64,000 nt of DNA from Dimorphilus gyrociliatus. Lineage: Eukaryota; Animalia; Annelida. Shown piece by piece: positions 38,028 through 50,311 of the stretch; within the stretch, counting starts at the first letter, position 1; each line of letters begins with the position of its first letter. The stretch covers positions 3,777,891-3,841,890 of the forward strand of contig CAJFCJ010000002.1 of NCBI GenBank assembly GCA_904063045.1, read 5' to 3'. The notes beneath the pieces are model-generated. The model had not been told where the DNA came from. It was given only the letters and a program-made list of their open reading frames with translations, and ran no database searches. Position numbers and translations under genes: made by a program.

Positions 38028-39852
38028 AGCGCTAAGCTATTTAATAGAGACGATACTATGTAGAATTGAAAGAGTGAAAATACCTAGTTTTGATTTCTTT
38101 TAATTGAAAGCCAGCTTTTCAATATTGTATGGCCAGTTTGATTGGCACTGAATGATGAGAAATTATCACGCAAGCACTTATTAAATATATTTTATATTCG
38201 AATTAAGATATAAAAAGAGATGTTTTTGGTATTTAATGGTAATAAAATGAAAAATTAATAGAGTAGTCAAAAACTTTACTAAATTTTCGATTAAAAGAGT
38301 AAGTATTTCTATTATTTGGCCGCTATGGAGTTTGTTATTATTTGTACGCTTACTTTTTTTTCGATCACCTAGTAATTAACTGGAAAAATGTTTTCCTCGC
38401 TCTCTCTCTCTCTCTCTCGCTCCCTTTCCTCCCCTTCTTATTCGCTCATTTACTCTCTATAAAATAAACTAATCTAAACCAAACTCTGCTTGTTTATCTT
38501 CCATAATTCACTATACGTTATCGACATTCTAAACCTATTTTATGTACAATATATTAATATATATTACGTGTAATAGCATTCATAAATATTAGGTATAGCT
38601 TGTTCAATAGTTTATACTAATTACTTTATTTAATTTTGAGATTGTTACATAATCATCACTTATCTATTATAGAATTATCAAATTAAAGAAAAATGATTAA
38701 TGTTGTATGAGCACTCACTCCATCTATCGGATTTTTGGGAGAGACGTTTTAGACTTGGAGCAAAGAGCGTATATATTTACCTATCAACAACCAATTAATT
38801 ATTAGTAAATTATTGATTATGCTTTTACTGTAGAATAATTTTTTTAAGGGTATTGCTATGTCTCCATAGAAAATGAATTGAACTTTTGATGCTGATATAA
38901 AAATAGATAATAACCCTATTCCGATAAATATTTATGAGTTCTATTATCTTCATCCTAGCCATAGCTAAACAGTTTAACCGCCTAGTTTTTTAGTTAATTT
39001 TGAAATTGTTTCCCTTTTAGAGTCTTATCAGAACAACTAATACATCCGAATGTAACAGAGATGCTTCTCTTCAAAAGAGACCTCTCAGAAAACGATTATT
39101 CCCCAAAGGGAATAGCTTAGAAAATTACAAGCTCTAATAAGAGAGTTAAATTGAATTAGGGTTCTAGGGCGAAAAATTCAAAAGTTTTTTGGGCGGAAGT
39201 AAAGGAAATCGAAGGGGACACTCCAATTAGACAAAGTTAATTCTCATCAATAGTGTAGCTCTGAATTTCTAAGGGTGTCAGCAGCTCGAATTATCTTTCA
39301 TTTGAGATGAATAAGACAAGAAAATTGCGCTTCAAATTTTTCGCATGGCAGGAAAATAAAGGCAAAATGTGATTAATTGTTAGAGATAAAAGAGTAGTAA
39401 AACCATAAAAATATTCATGTAAAAATTTGAAGATTTAGCTTATAGAACTATAAATAAAAAATGCTAAATTATATTTATCTATATTTATACTACTTTTTAC
39501 CATTAGAATTTCTTTTAAGCCTCCAAACCGGAAGAGACAGAAATAAGAGGTAGGAAGTTAAATAAAATGACTAATAACCGTCGAAATCTGGCGGCTATAA
39601 AATTTGATCGATCGTAGGTGACGCTATCAACATCAGAGCACCGCAGCTGCGTTTTTAGACGTCGCCCTTATTTCGAACCGCCTATAGCCGTTTTACACTG
39701 TAATGAATACTCAATAAGCAGATTTGGAGCGCCAAAAGAAGGTAATACCGACACCATTCTATTATTAGGGTAAGTAGATAGTATTCTTTTAACTTATTCT
39801 TCAATTCAGCCCACTATTTATTTTCGTAACTGTTTAATCAATTCCTATAAAG

Positions 39853-42689
39853 ATGGAAATGTCCGAATCAACACCAATAGTTGAAGAAGATGATTTGGCG
39901 ACAATTGATGAGGAAAAGAATGAAATCAAGTCTTATCAGAGTACGGACTCGACGACTCCAAAGTCAGAACAAAGATTCCAAAAGAAACGAAGCTCGTTTT
40001 CTGAAACAGTTCACCGATCCCTCAGGCATAGATCCTATAGCGCCTTTAGACGTCTTTAATGCTAGACATAACTAAATGAGAATTGTACCTGCTTTTATAT
40101 TTAAGTTTAGACCATCTCAAACTATAATAATCCTTATCCAGTTTTATACTTTTTAAAAGAGCTAAATTCTGCTGGAATCCATTTAAAAAGGCATTCGCAT
40201 CTCCCTATAATAAAGTGGTTAATTAGAGGGAAAGTTAAGATTTCAGATAGTTAGTAGAGGAAGCTCTCTAGGCGTCTATAACATCTATGCCCCATAGGCG
40301 TCAAATGTCGAGAGCAGCAAGAGCAAAGGAATTTGCCAAGCATTCGCAAAAATCTATTGCCGATGTTGCCAAGTCACTTGCTGGCAGACGCAGTTTAATA
40401 GCATATCTTACTGGTCTTACATGTTTTTCCTTCATTGTTCAAGTAATATCTATACCAATTGTTACGCTAGGCTTATATAACCTGGGAACTGATGCTTCAA
40501 TTCTCCTCCTGTCATCGCCACTGTTGGGAATTCTGTTTATGCTGCTCTTTATCGTCATCGTAAAAAGGCATAGATAAATAGATATTTAACATCGATTTTT
40601 CCAGATAAGCTCTATCAATCAAATCTTTCAAATTCTTATACTTGAATATCTATTTAACTATGTTATCTAAACGTCTTTTAACTCCTTTCTTTACAAAAAA
40701 TATTGTAACAGAATCAAACCTCATTTTGATAATCTACAATTGAGTAGAAATGGTATTTTCACAGCTCTCAAGGCAGGAGTTGCCAATGAATGTGCAGGTT
40801 TATTGGCGATTTACCCCGGATTGCCTACTAGAACACCACCTAATATCCAAGCGATTCTTACCTTATGCTTGATTCCATTTACCGTATTGGTTCGGTACCT
40901 GATGATTAAACAAGGTAAGATAATTTCAAAAGAATCTGTCAATCAATTAATGTAAACATTTCTCATTGCCTCATTTCCCAAACAATCATTAGAAACAGCT
41001 CATGAATACTAAGCTAACGAATTTCTAATAAAAATAAAAGAAATAAGCGAAACGACGCTTTCAAGACGTTGAATAAGACAGATTGCTAGAATCGTAGAAT
41101 ATCATTGGAATTTTTGTTCATAGTATTTTTTCCCATTTTCAGAGAATTTCCACTATCAAAAGGTTAATGTTTGTAATTAAAGCTTTAATTATGCTAATGA
41201 GTTTTCATTGACGGGATAAAAAGCAGATATATCTAATTTATGACGAGATAAAGCTTTAAACCACCTCTAAAATACAGAAAAATATTAAATTGTTCTCTTA
41301 TTTTTCTTTTATATATACAATATATAAAAAAAACAGGAGAATTTCTTCACTTTGATAAATCTTGACTTTCTACTGGTTCCTTTATTCAGATCAATTATTC
41401 CATTTGCGTTTTTTGTCTTTGTTATACACTATATATAGATGTATATACTAATATATGTGTATTTATACTTGGAATACTGTTTATAAATCTTTCATCTCTA
41501 TGGAATTGTAATTCTTTATGTAAAAATTACAGGAATCAGCGGTAGAAGAATGTCTGCATTAATTGTTGTTATATTTGGTTTGGTTTTGAGTATGATACCT
41601 ATCTTCGTTCCAAATTGGAGGAGTCATACACCCGGTATAAATCTATCGCAAATTTCCTATAATGTTAGTACAATCGGATCGATATTGTGGCCGTGCGCTT
41701 TCGTTTCCGGTTATGCTTTTCTAGCCTTGGCTACGGTCTATTGCGAGGATTCGTTAAAAGCAGGGGTAAGTTCTGAAATTTTAGCATACGCCTAATTAAT
41801 GATAAAAATCAATGACTAATTCTTAGTTCCATTACTTTTAGTCAATTCATTCTTTATGTAGCTAATTTCCCTTTTTGTAGGAAAGTCCTATGCTCTATTT
41901 GACATGGATGCATGTTGGTACCTTATTGGCCGGTCTAGTTTTACTCTGGTTTGATCTTATTCCTGGTTTCGGATTGGTAAGACAATGTTTTATATTTTAG
42001 AAAAAATAGTTGAAAAATTACTTAATGCTCAAAGTTTCATTTAACCATAATGTAATAAAAAAAGTTTATAGCAATTTTCACGTCTGAAGCGTCATCTATA
42101 GGATATCCCTAGTGACAAAGAAAAGTTGAAAATTTTTAAGTAAGAGAGTTCGTAGTTGAAGAGGTCGCTGTTTGTTTCTTTCAAATAATCGCATTTTGAA
42201 TTGGGGTAGGAAGGTAACAGGGAAATTAATTGAAGATAATCCTATAGAAGGCGCTTTAGAAGCTTTGCGTCACATATTTGTCATATGTTTCATTTTATAA
42301 AGGCCAAAAGTCCAATGGATTTAGGTTGGCGTCTATGGGCGGGACTGAAAAGTTACTTTCGGAAAGATGCGCTTTGCATCTCCCTATGGCTAAATACTTT
42401 CATCGGCTATGTCATCGTCTATTTAGCGCAAATCTTATTGGTCTTGTACGCAGATGGCGCAGTTTATTCTGCAGTTATCATGTCTACAAATTTTCCTATA
42501 GCCGCCATCTTTTGGAGCCTATTTCAAAGTAATGGTTTCACAGTTGTGTGGCACCCTTTCTTTAGCATCTATACAGCATTTAGCCTGGCCGGTATTGCAT
42601 TATTGGTCCCTTCAGTTGCTGCTTATGAATATATTACTTGGAAGGAGACAAGAGACGAATATATTTTTCAAAGATTGAGACAGTTGTAA
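39853..42689 (+). CDS. CRT-like (chloroquine-resistance-transporter family, DMT superfamily) multi-pass transporter (~450 aa, 6 exons)
   Basis: Exons 39853-40025 (or -40008), 40298 (or 40272)-40567, 40712-40914, 41533-41765, 41881-41976, 42303-42689. About 10 hydrophobic segments and the motifs RTPPNIQAILTLCLIPFTVLVRYLM, WFDLIPGFG and PIAAIFWSLF recall CRT-like proteins. The first two junctions need weak or GC donors. Confidence 0.75.
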
Positions 42690-43115
42690 TAATTATAGAG
42701 AAAAAAAGCATTGTAGCCCTGTAATGGAGACGCCTTAGACTATTATTAAAGAGCATAATGAATGATTATTCAAATATCCAACTTATCTACATAAAGATTA
42801 TAGATAAATGCAAATTAAACAAATAAAAGCGAAAATATTACATTAAATGTTGTTGGAACAAAGTGTCTAAAGTCATTTATGTTTTATAAATAAATAAATA
42901 AAAATGGCATGACAATGTATTTAACGTTAATGAAAAAGCACATATCTATTACAAATTTGTAAAATACATGAAACCATAGGCAAGATATAAAAATTGTATA
43001 ACATATACATGCAAGCAGTATTAAAGGTTGTTTTGTACTGAAATCTGCAACGTGAAATATCATCTCTTTCCTTTTTTAGTTTTTTTCATAAACATATATA
43101 CTGTATTATACAAAG

Positions 43116-43118
<3 letters not shown>

Positions 43119-43158
<40 letters not shown>
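43119..43158. repeat. (AT)20 microsatellite with degenerate flanks
   Basis: Direct read; accounts for the spurious ORFs 43028-43219 and 43060-43323. Confidence 0.95.
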
Positions 43159-43172
<14 letters not shown>

Positions 43173-44823
43173 TAGTAATATATATATTTGTATATAGATA
43201 TAGAAATATTTGTATATAGATATAGATATAAATATAAAACATAAAATGTTGTTTTCTTTTTTTTTGACGTATTGCAGTTTTTACTCTATAACTGTTTTGC
43301 CACGTTAAGCGAAGTACATACAAAAAAAATACTCTGACTACATTAAATCAAAAGAATTATATGTAGATGTTTTAAGTTGTGACAGGAATTGTAAGTAGGC
43401 CTATTTTTTTACAGCAAATCGACAGATAAAGCTGCTAAAAAAATTGGATCGAAGGTCTTTTTTCTCTTTCTCTCTAATTGTGAATGTTGTAATAGTGTAA
43501 TAATAATAACAATAATATTCTAGAGACAAATCATAAGGTTCATAAAACGGTTATTATATTCGATAACCGTAAAATTGTCTATTAAAACATTTAATAGACA
43601 TATTATTTTCGTATTCCACCCTCCCACCTCTTTTTTCTTAAATAGCAAAATAAAACGTAAGTTAAAATATAATTAAGGAAGACCCTAATCAATAAGGTAT
43701 TGAAGGTTTACTAATTGGTTTTAAAGCTTTGATGTTTCGAGTTCGGTTTCGAAAGTGCTTACCGAATATTTAGCAAAAAAGGATCCTACTGGGCTGTAGA
43801 TGGCGTTGGACAGTTTGTCTTTTTTTTTTTAAATGGAATTAATTTGAACTCGGTCAAAAGAAGAGTTTGTATAGTATTTCTTATTCGTGTAGATTATAAC
43901 TATTTTTACAACGCATCTATCTGTACGTTTGTTTAACACTTTTGGAATTAAAATTAGATATATCGAATTAAGTCTTGCGACTTCTTTAAAACACAATATA
44001 ATATAAACAGCAGCTTTTATAACATTATCTAATTTACTATCGATAACTTATGGAAAGTTTGACTTTATATAGATCAGGTTACGAACGAGATCCAATACAG
44101 TATTACCACACGCAAAGTACAAAGACTAAAAGCAACAAACTCAATGTCAATCAGAAACGTGCTTTTTTCCCATGTAGGCCTACATTCTTAAACTAGTCTT
44201 CATGACGATGTAAACATAACCATCCGATACGATAATGTAAAAGAATAATATTTATTGTTATAAGTAGAAAGTGTTCTTTTCTCTCTCTTTCTCTCTTTCT
44301 CCCATTCTCCTATTTATCTAAATTGTCTTTATTACAAGAAGAAAGAAGGATGCATTTAAAAAAGAATTGGAACTACAAAACATGAATTATACTGGGTGTG
44401 AACGTGATAATTCAACTGAGACAGTTGAACAAATAACAAGAGAAATAGAATACACTTTATATTTTTACATTTTTTATTTTTATTTTCAATTTACAAATTC
44501 AAATTATAAGGAAATGAGAATTGCAATAAGAATTGATGCTTATAATTTGACTATTAATTCAATAAAAATTAAATTATTGCCTTTGAATATGCTAAATATT
44601 TTGTAATAAAGAAATTCTGTTGAACGAAATGTCCGGAAGAGGCTGACTAACGAAACGGAACTTATGTAGGCCTCTAATCTTACATATATAACGACCGCCT
44701 ACTTCATTAGCATAATCAGGTAAAAGCTATATCCAGACGCCATTCGATCTCTGGACAGCTAGGGCGAAAGCAGCAGGATACGAGAAGAAGTGGAGAAAAC
44801 TATTAGAAGAAGACAGAAGAACC

Positions 44824-47800
44824 ATGTCGAATAGGACCAATTCTTCGTTGTCTGGTCTAATGCCTATCGAATCATTGGTGCCGCTACTAATTGCCTATGT
44901 TCTAACGACAACTTTAGCGGTATTTGGAAATAGTTTAGTTATAGTCGTTTTCTCGTGTGGTAGGAGGTCTAGGAGCGATTTAAGAGGCTTTCTTATCAAT
45001 TTAGCAGTTGCCGATTTAGTCATGGCTATTTTCTGCACACCTTTTACATTTACCCATACGATAATGAACCATTGGCCATTCTCCAATGCCTTGTGCCCGC
45101 TGGTTCTATACATGCAACTAGTGTCAGGTTACCCTTTTTTTATTTTATTCTATTTGCTTATCATCACTAATTTTCCGTCCATTTGTACGTTTATCTTTAT
45201 ATCTATCTATTTAATATATTCATTGTTTTCCCTCGGTTTTTAAATGCTTTACGGCGCCTCTCATCTAGCTACTCATATCTATTATTCTTATATAATATTC
45301 TGTTTGTTTTTCTTTCTGTTTGGCATGGCATCTATATACTAAATTGTTCAATTTTATCGATGGAGGGCGCTAATGGTTTCTCAGTCAGGTACATCTTTTT
45401 TGAATTTGGATACTAGTAGAGAATCTTAAAAAAAATAGAAGAGTAAAAGTATTTATTGGCAGCTGTAATATAACGGAAAGAGTTTGCCATGATTTATCGT
45501 GCTTTTGCTACGGCTTCTCATCGGTTAGAATAAGGAATAAATTTAGTTTCCACATATACAAACTCAGTGTGGACAAACAAGAATTTTCATCAAACTAACT
45601 ATAACATTTGTACTTTTATAGTAAACAGCGAACAATAGTGTCTGTAATGTATTAATTCTGAACTTAAACGTCCCAATTCTTTATTTTTGTATATGTTCCT
45701 TTTATTATTTATGTAGTAGGAAAAAAAAAGAGAACTCTATCTTAATAGAGAGGGAGGGGAGAGATCGGTAGAGTTAGAAGCGAAACGAATGAATAGTTTT
45801 ATATGGAAACCAAACGCACATCTTAAAATTATTATTGTCGTATTTACTTTCGTATTAAAACATAAAGATCTAGATTTAGTAATTTGTAGTGAAATCGATT
45901 TTCAAGATGAAGGGAGAGAAGAAACCTTTTCAAAAAATAAAGAAATCCCTCCTTTTAAGGACGCAGGAAGCGGTTATAAAAAAGCACAGCTATTTGCCAA
46001 AACTTTTCTATAAATTATTTACAATAACATTTAATTTTATTTCTCTACATCTCCTATACTTTTTCCATTTCGTATCAATAAATGTCTTTTCTTGTTGTCC
46101 TCTATTCTTCATCAAGTACTTTCTGCAGTTACGGCTTCTGTCTGCACGAATACAGCACTAGGATTCGATCGTTTCTGGATCGTGGCTTTTCCACTCAAAT
46201 CACGCCTGACAAAGTCTAGGGTCAAAGTGGTGATACTAATGATCTGGTTGATCGCATTGTCGGCATCCAGCGTTCAATTATTTATTGGTAGAGCCGTAAC
46301 AAATGGAACAAATACTAAGCCTATTTGCAGGGAAGATTGGGAAGATGAGAAATCGAGACAAATTTATACATTCTTCGTTTTATTGACTACCTACGTTGTA
46401 CCTTTAACAATTCTTACAGCTACTTACGGCATGGTAGGAGTCAAACTTTGGCAGAGAACGACACCAGGGAATGCCGATCAAGCGAGAGATATGCAGCAGT
46501 TAAGGAGTAAACGAAAAGTAAGTTCATTCAAAATTAAAGACTTTTTGTTTGAAAAAGTCGTTATAATTTATTGTAGAAACCGAAAATAGTTCAATACTTC
46601 GATTATTTTATAATTATTGACCTTTTAACGAAAATCCTTGCATTGTTAAAATTACCGATAACAAAAATCTCACCCTTATTTTCACGGTCGCACGATTAAA
46701 GAAGAGTAGAAGGCCTACTCAAACAGAAAATTTCAACCCACTCACATCCAACTCTTCCAATTTCGCTAACATCTCGTTGAATACTTTGTTATTTTATTTT
46801 AGTAATTAAACTACTAAATTCTTGATCATCTCAATTGGTAGCTATGAATTAGCTGCCAGGGGGCACCTCCTTCGGATCTAAATTATGAACGATAAGCGTT
46901 AGACATATTTGATCTAGGAGCCCTTAACCGATTATATAACGTTGCAGTTATACTCCAAATGCCCTAACGCATACTAAATGAAGACTTGTCTTGAGTGCTG
47001 TCTTATTAGAACCGGAAGCTAGTCATGCGTAATGTTTTTTCTCCTCTTTCCGACCATCAATCAAAGACTGTTTGTAAGTGAATCGCTTTATTTCACCCTT
47101 ACCTATGCTCCCTCCTCTCTCTTTACTTTTACGTAACACGCAACATTTCTTGGAATTAACGGCTGACAATAAAAAAAAATAGAGTACTGATGAGAGAATC
47201 AATTAAAAAAGATTATTATTATATTTCTCATCGAAAAGAGTATACCATCTGGTTGGACTAAGAGTATTTGTGTTTTAATAACTGAAGGCCTATTCATAAT
47301 TAACAGCTTCTCTATGGCAAAACCAATCCAAGAAAAGTAAACGTTTGATGCTCATTTCTTAAAGTAAGCATTGTAATCCAAGTATTGATAGATCAAAAGG
47401 AATAACTGAGTACCCAGGCGTGTAGGACTGTTTCCGCTCCATATGCATAATTCGAGTCAGATGCACTTTAAATAAACTAGGGCTCACAAAAATACACCAA
47501 TTTATAATCACCATAATCAATTATTGCTTCCTTGTTATTTTTCTTTTCTGTTTTATTTATTCAAAAAATATCAATAAATATTTGAACTAATTCCTTAATT
47601 TACAGGTAATTAAAATGTTGGTCGTCATTGTTGCCTTATTCGCTATTTGCTGGCTACCCTTACATTTATTTATGATTGTATTAGATTCTGTTCCCTCATG
47701 GACTGTAAGTAAACATAACATAATATCGAATTCCCAAAAGAAATTTTTTATTGGCTTTATAAATTTTCACACTAAAGATATTCTCTAATTACATTTTTTC

Positions 47801-48743
47801 CGTCTCTTCTTTCCTATAGAAAAAGACGGAATTACAACCTATATTAAATGGTATCTATTACACTGTTCATTGGCTGGCCATGTCGAACAGCTGTGTTAAC
47901 CCAATAGTATACAGCTTCCTAAACGACAGCTTTCGAGTGAGTACTTAGTTATTAAACACTTACCTGCACACTTCCTGCACGTTTCATGTTCATAATACCC
48001 TTAATAGCAACACGAAGATTTAGCCTCCAATTAAATCCTATAAAGTAATAATTTGTTCTAAACCCCTTTATGCTAATCTGACCCTCAAAATATAACACAT
48101 ATTTTATGCTTGTTATAAAAAAGATCAAGACAATTACGTCAATTTTGGTTATGCGGTAACCCCTTAACGATCACATTCTATAAGTTTTAATTTATTCATC
48201 CTTTTGTTAAAGGCCGTAAAAAAAGTACCGATAGAATTGCCGATAATTCGGAATAAGACCTCATAACTATTCAAAGCACGTTGGAAGCGTCCCAGTTAGT
48301 TAAGGAGGTGAAGAAAAATAAATCGGACTGAATCAGATTATTATTACCAATATAAGTCACATTTTTAGACCCTTTGTCCCCATACCACTAAAGGCAAAGA
48401 TTCAGATAAAACTCCCCAAAACCACATCCAAAAGATGTTTTTTTTTCAACACCATTTTCTTATCCTAAATTTTTTTCTATTTATCCAATCATAGGCCGAT
48501 TTGAAGCGTTTAGTACGGAACTGGTGTAATTGCTTTAAGGGACGGAGGGACGGAGAATATGCTAGGACGCTTGTACGTGACTATTCTCGCAGCGATCGAG
48601 CGTCTCTGAAAGGCTGTGACACGAATCGGCGTCTCTTGTCAAGTCGTAACCAACACGAAGATGGAGGCGAATTAGGGCAGGTCGTAATCGCTTTGCGAAA
48701 CGTCGGAGAAAGACAACGCGATTCGGATTTGAATCGACTCTGA
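44824..48743 (+). CDS. Class A (rhodopsin-like) neuropeptide GPCR, tachykinin/RYamide-luqin/GPR83 neighbourhood (~385 aa, 5 exons)
   Basis: Exons 44824-45127, 46129-46517, 47606-47704, 47820-47936, 48495-48743 (1,158 nt, in frame). GN in TM1, NLAVAD in TM2, WPFS..LCP, DRF, CWLP, and NSCVNPIVY. Confidence 0.92.
46853..46866 (+). promoter_or_regulatory. CTCF-type motif CTGCCAGGGGGCAC
   Basis: Two mismatches at the 5' flank of the core; inside GPCR intron 2. Confidence 0.4.
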
Positions 48744-50297
48744 CAACTTACAATCTTGCTTCTAGGTTAACAGTTGCTTTATAGATAAACATAGATATTC
48801 GACTCTTCAAACCTTGAAGAATCTTCTTACTTTACACAAAGTTATTTCAGGACAGAAGACAAGACAGTAGACAGCACGAAGAAAAGGAACATAGCGCCAC
48901 AAAAATAACCTCATTTTCATTACCTAAAAAGACAAAAAACTACTAATTCTTTCTTCATATCCATTTTTAATGATGAAAGTTGGACGAATTGCAAATAGAT
49001 TGAGGCAAAATTGTCGAATATCTATGTTCAGTCTGTTTATAAGTTCGTCGTTGTTTTGTGACGAAAGAGAGATATTATAATTTCAGCACAAAGGGCCGAT
49101 GGAAGGATTCGGTCGCATCTCTACTAACTTGATTGCTTGATGCAAACTGACAAGATATTGATTCTTTGCTCGGTGTGAATCCTAATAATTGAAACAGTTT
49201 ATATCTCGTAAAAAAATACATAATTGCTAGTCTTTGTAATTGCGTCGAACTCATCACTAAAAGATAAAACAATTGAATTTTTTTTGTTTTACAAGTCTAC
49301 AAGTATGGATTATCCGTCTCGAAAATAACCTTTCCGGCAAGGATAAGAAGAAGCATTTTTTTTTTAAATCGAATTTCAATTGAATACTTAATCGTCAGTG
49401 CAACGAGAACAGGTTAAGCTTTTCCTTAGTAAAACATTACTAAGCTCTTTCTTCTCTCTCTCTCTCTCTCCCTCTCTCTTTTGCCTCTTTATCTCCTTTT
49501 TTATAAATCTTTAAAGAAAAACTGCTCAAAAGAGAATAATGCCTAACTTACACATCGTCGATTTGAGGACGATTTTCCTTATCTTACATACTTACAACAA
49601 TAATTTAACAATAATTGATGGAAGATGTTGTATTTTGTCTAGTATTTATTACATACCATATTCAAGGCTTAGCGCTTAAGCAGGCAATGAAATGTATTTT
49701 CAAATCCGATTAATGTTCTGTAGACAAACAAGAGCAAGATCAAAGCTCTTCTTAAAATATCTTTCACTCGACCACGTAAAAGTCTTCCTTTGGCATAGTT
49801 TACCTATTAAAACAAGCTTAAGTTTTACATAGGCATGAAGTCAAATAAGCATTTTATTACTATAAATTTAGCAGAGGCATCATCAATTTTTTAAATGAGC
49901 GTCACTACTAGTTGTGGAGAGAAATTCAAAAAGTTCCTTTACTTAAGTTTACCTTCTATCTCTTATTTTCATCGCAAAGTAATTAGGAAAAGACTGTAAT
50001 AAAGCCTCGTCCTCTTCGACCTATCCGAGCAATAAATTGAGTTATAAAACATTTAACAAAAAGCCGGTTCAGGGAAAAGTTACTGTTACAAGTGACTGTA
50101 AGATAAGGATATTTTTAACCAAATCGTCCTTGGAATATAAAATAAATCTTATAAAAAATAAACCCGTGATTTCATCTTTTCGGATATATACTGTGATAAC
50201 GACACCCTTAATGTCTTATTTTAAATATATACACATATTGTATGCACTCTTTATAAACACTCTAGCCTAGAAACACTCTTTATTTTATAGATCGATG

Positions 50298-50311
50298 GTG
50301 CCACCTAGTTG
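50298..50311 (-). promoter_or_regulatory. CTCF-type motif CAACTAGGTGGCAC
   Basis: One mismatch to the core; lies between the GPCR 3' end and the 51-61 kb region. Confidence 0.5.

Noticed and set aside
43028-43323. ORFs rich in IYIY repeats (also 57489-57701)
   Set aside because: Artefacts of (TA)n microsatellites.
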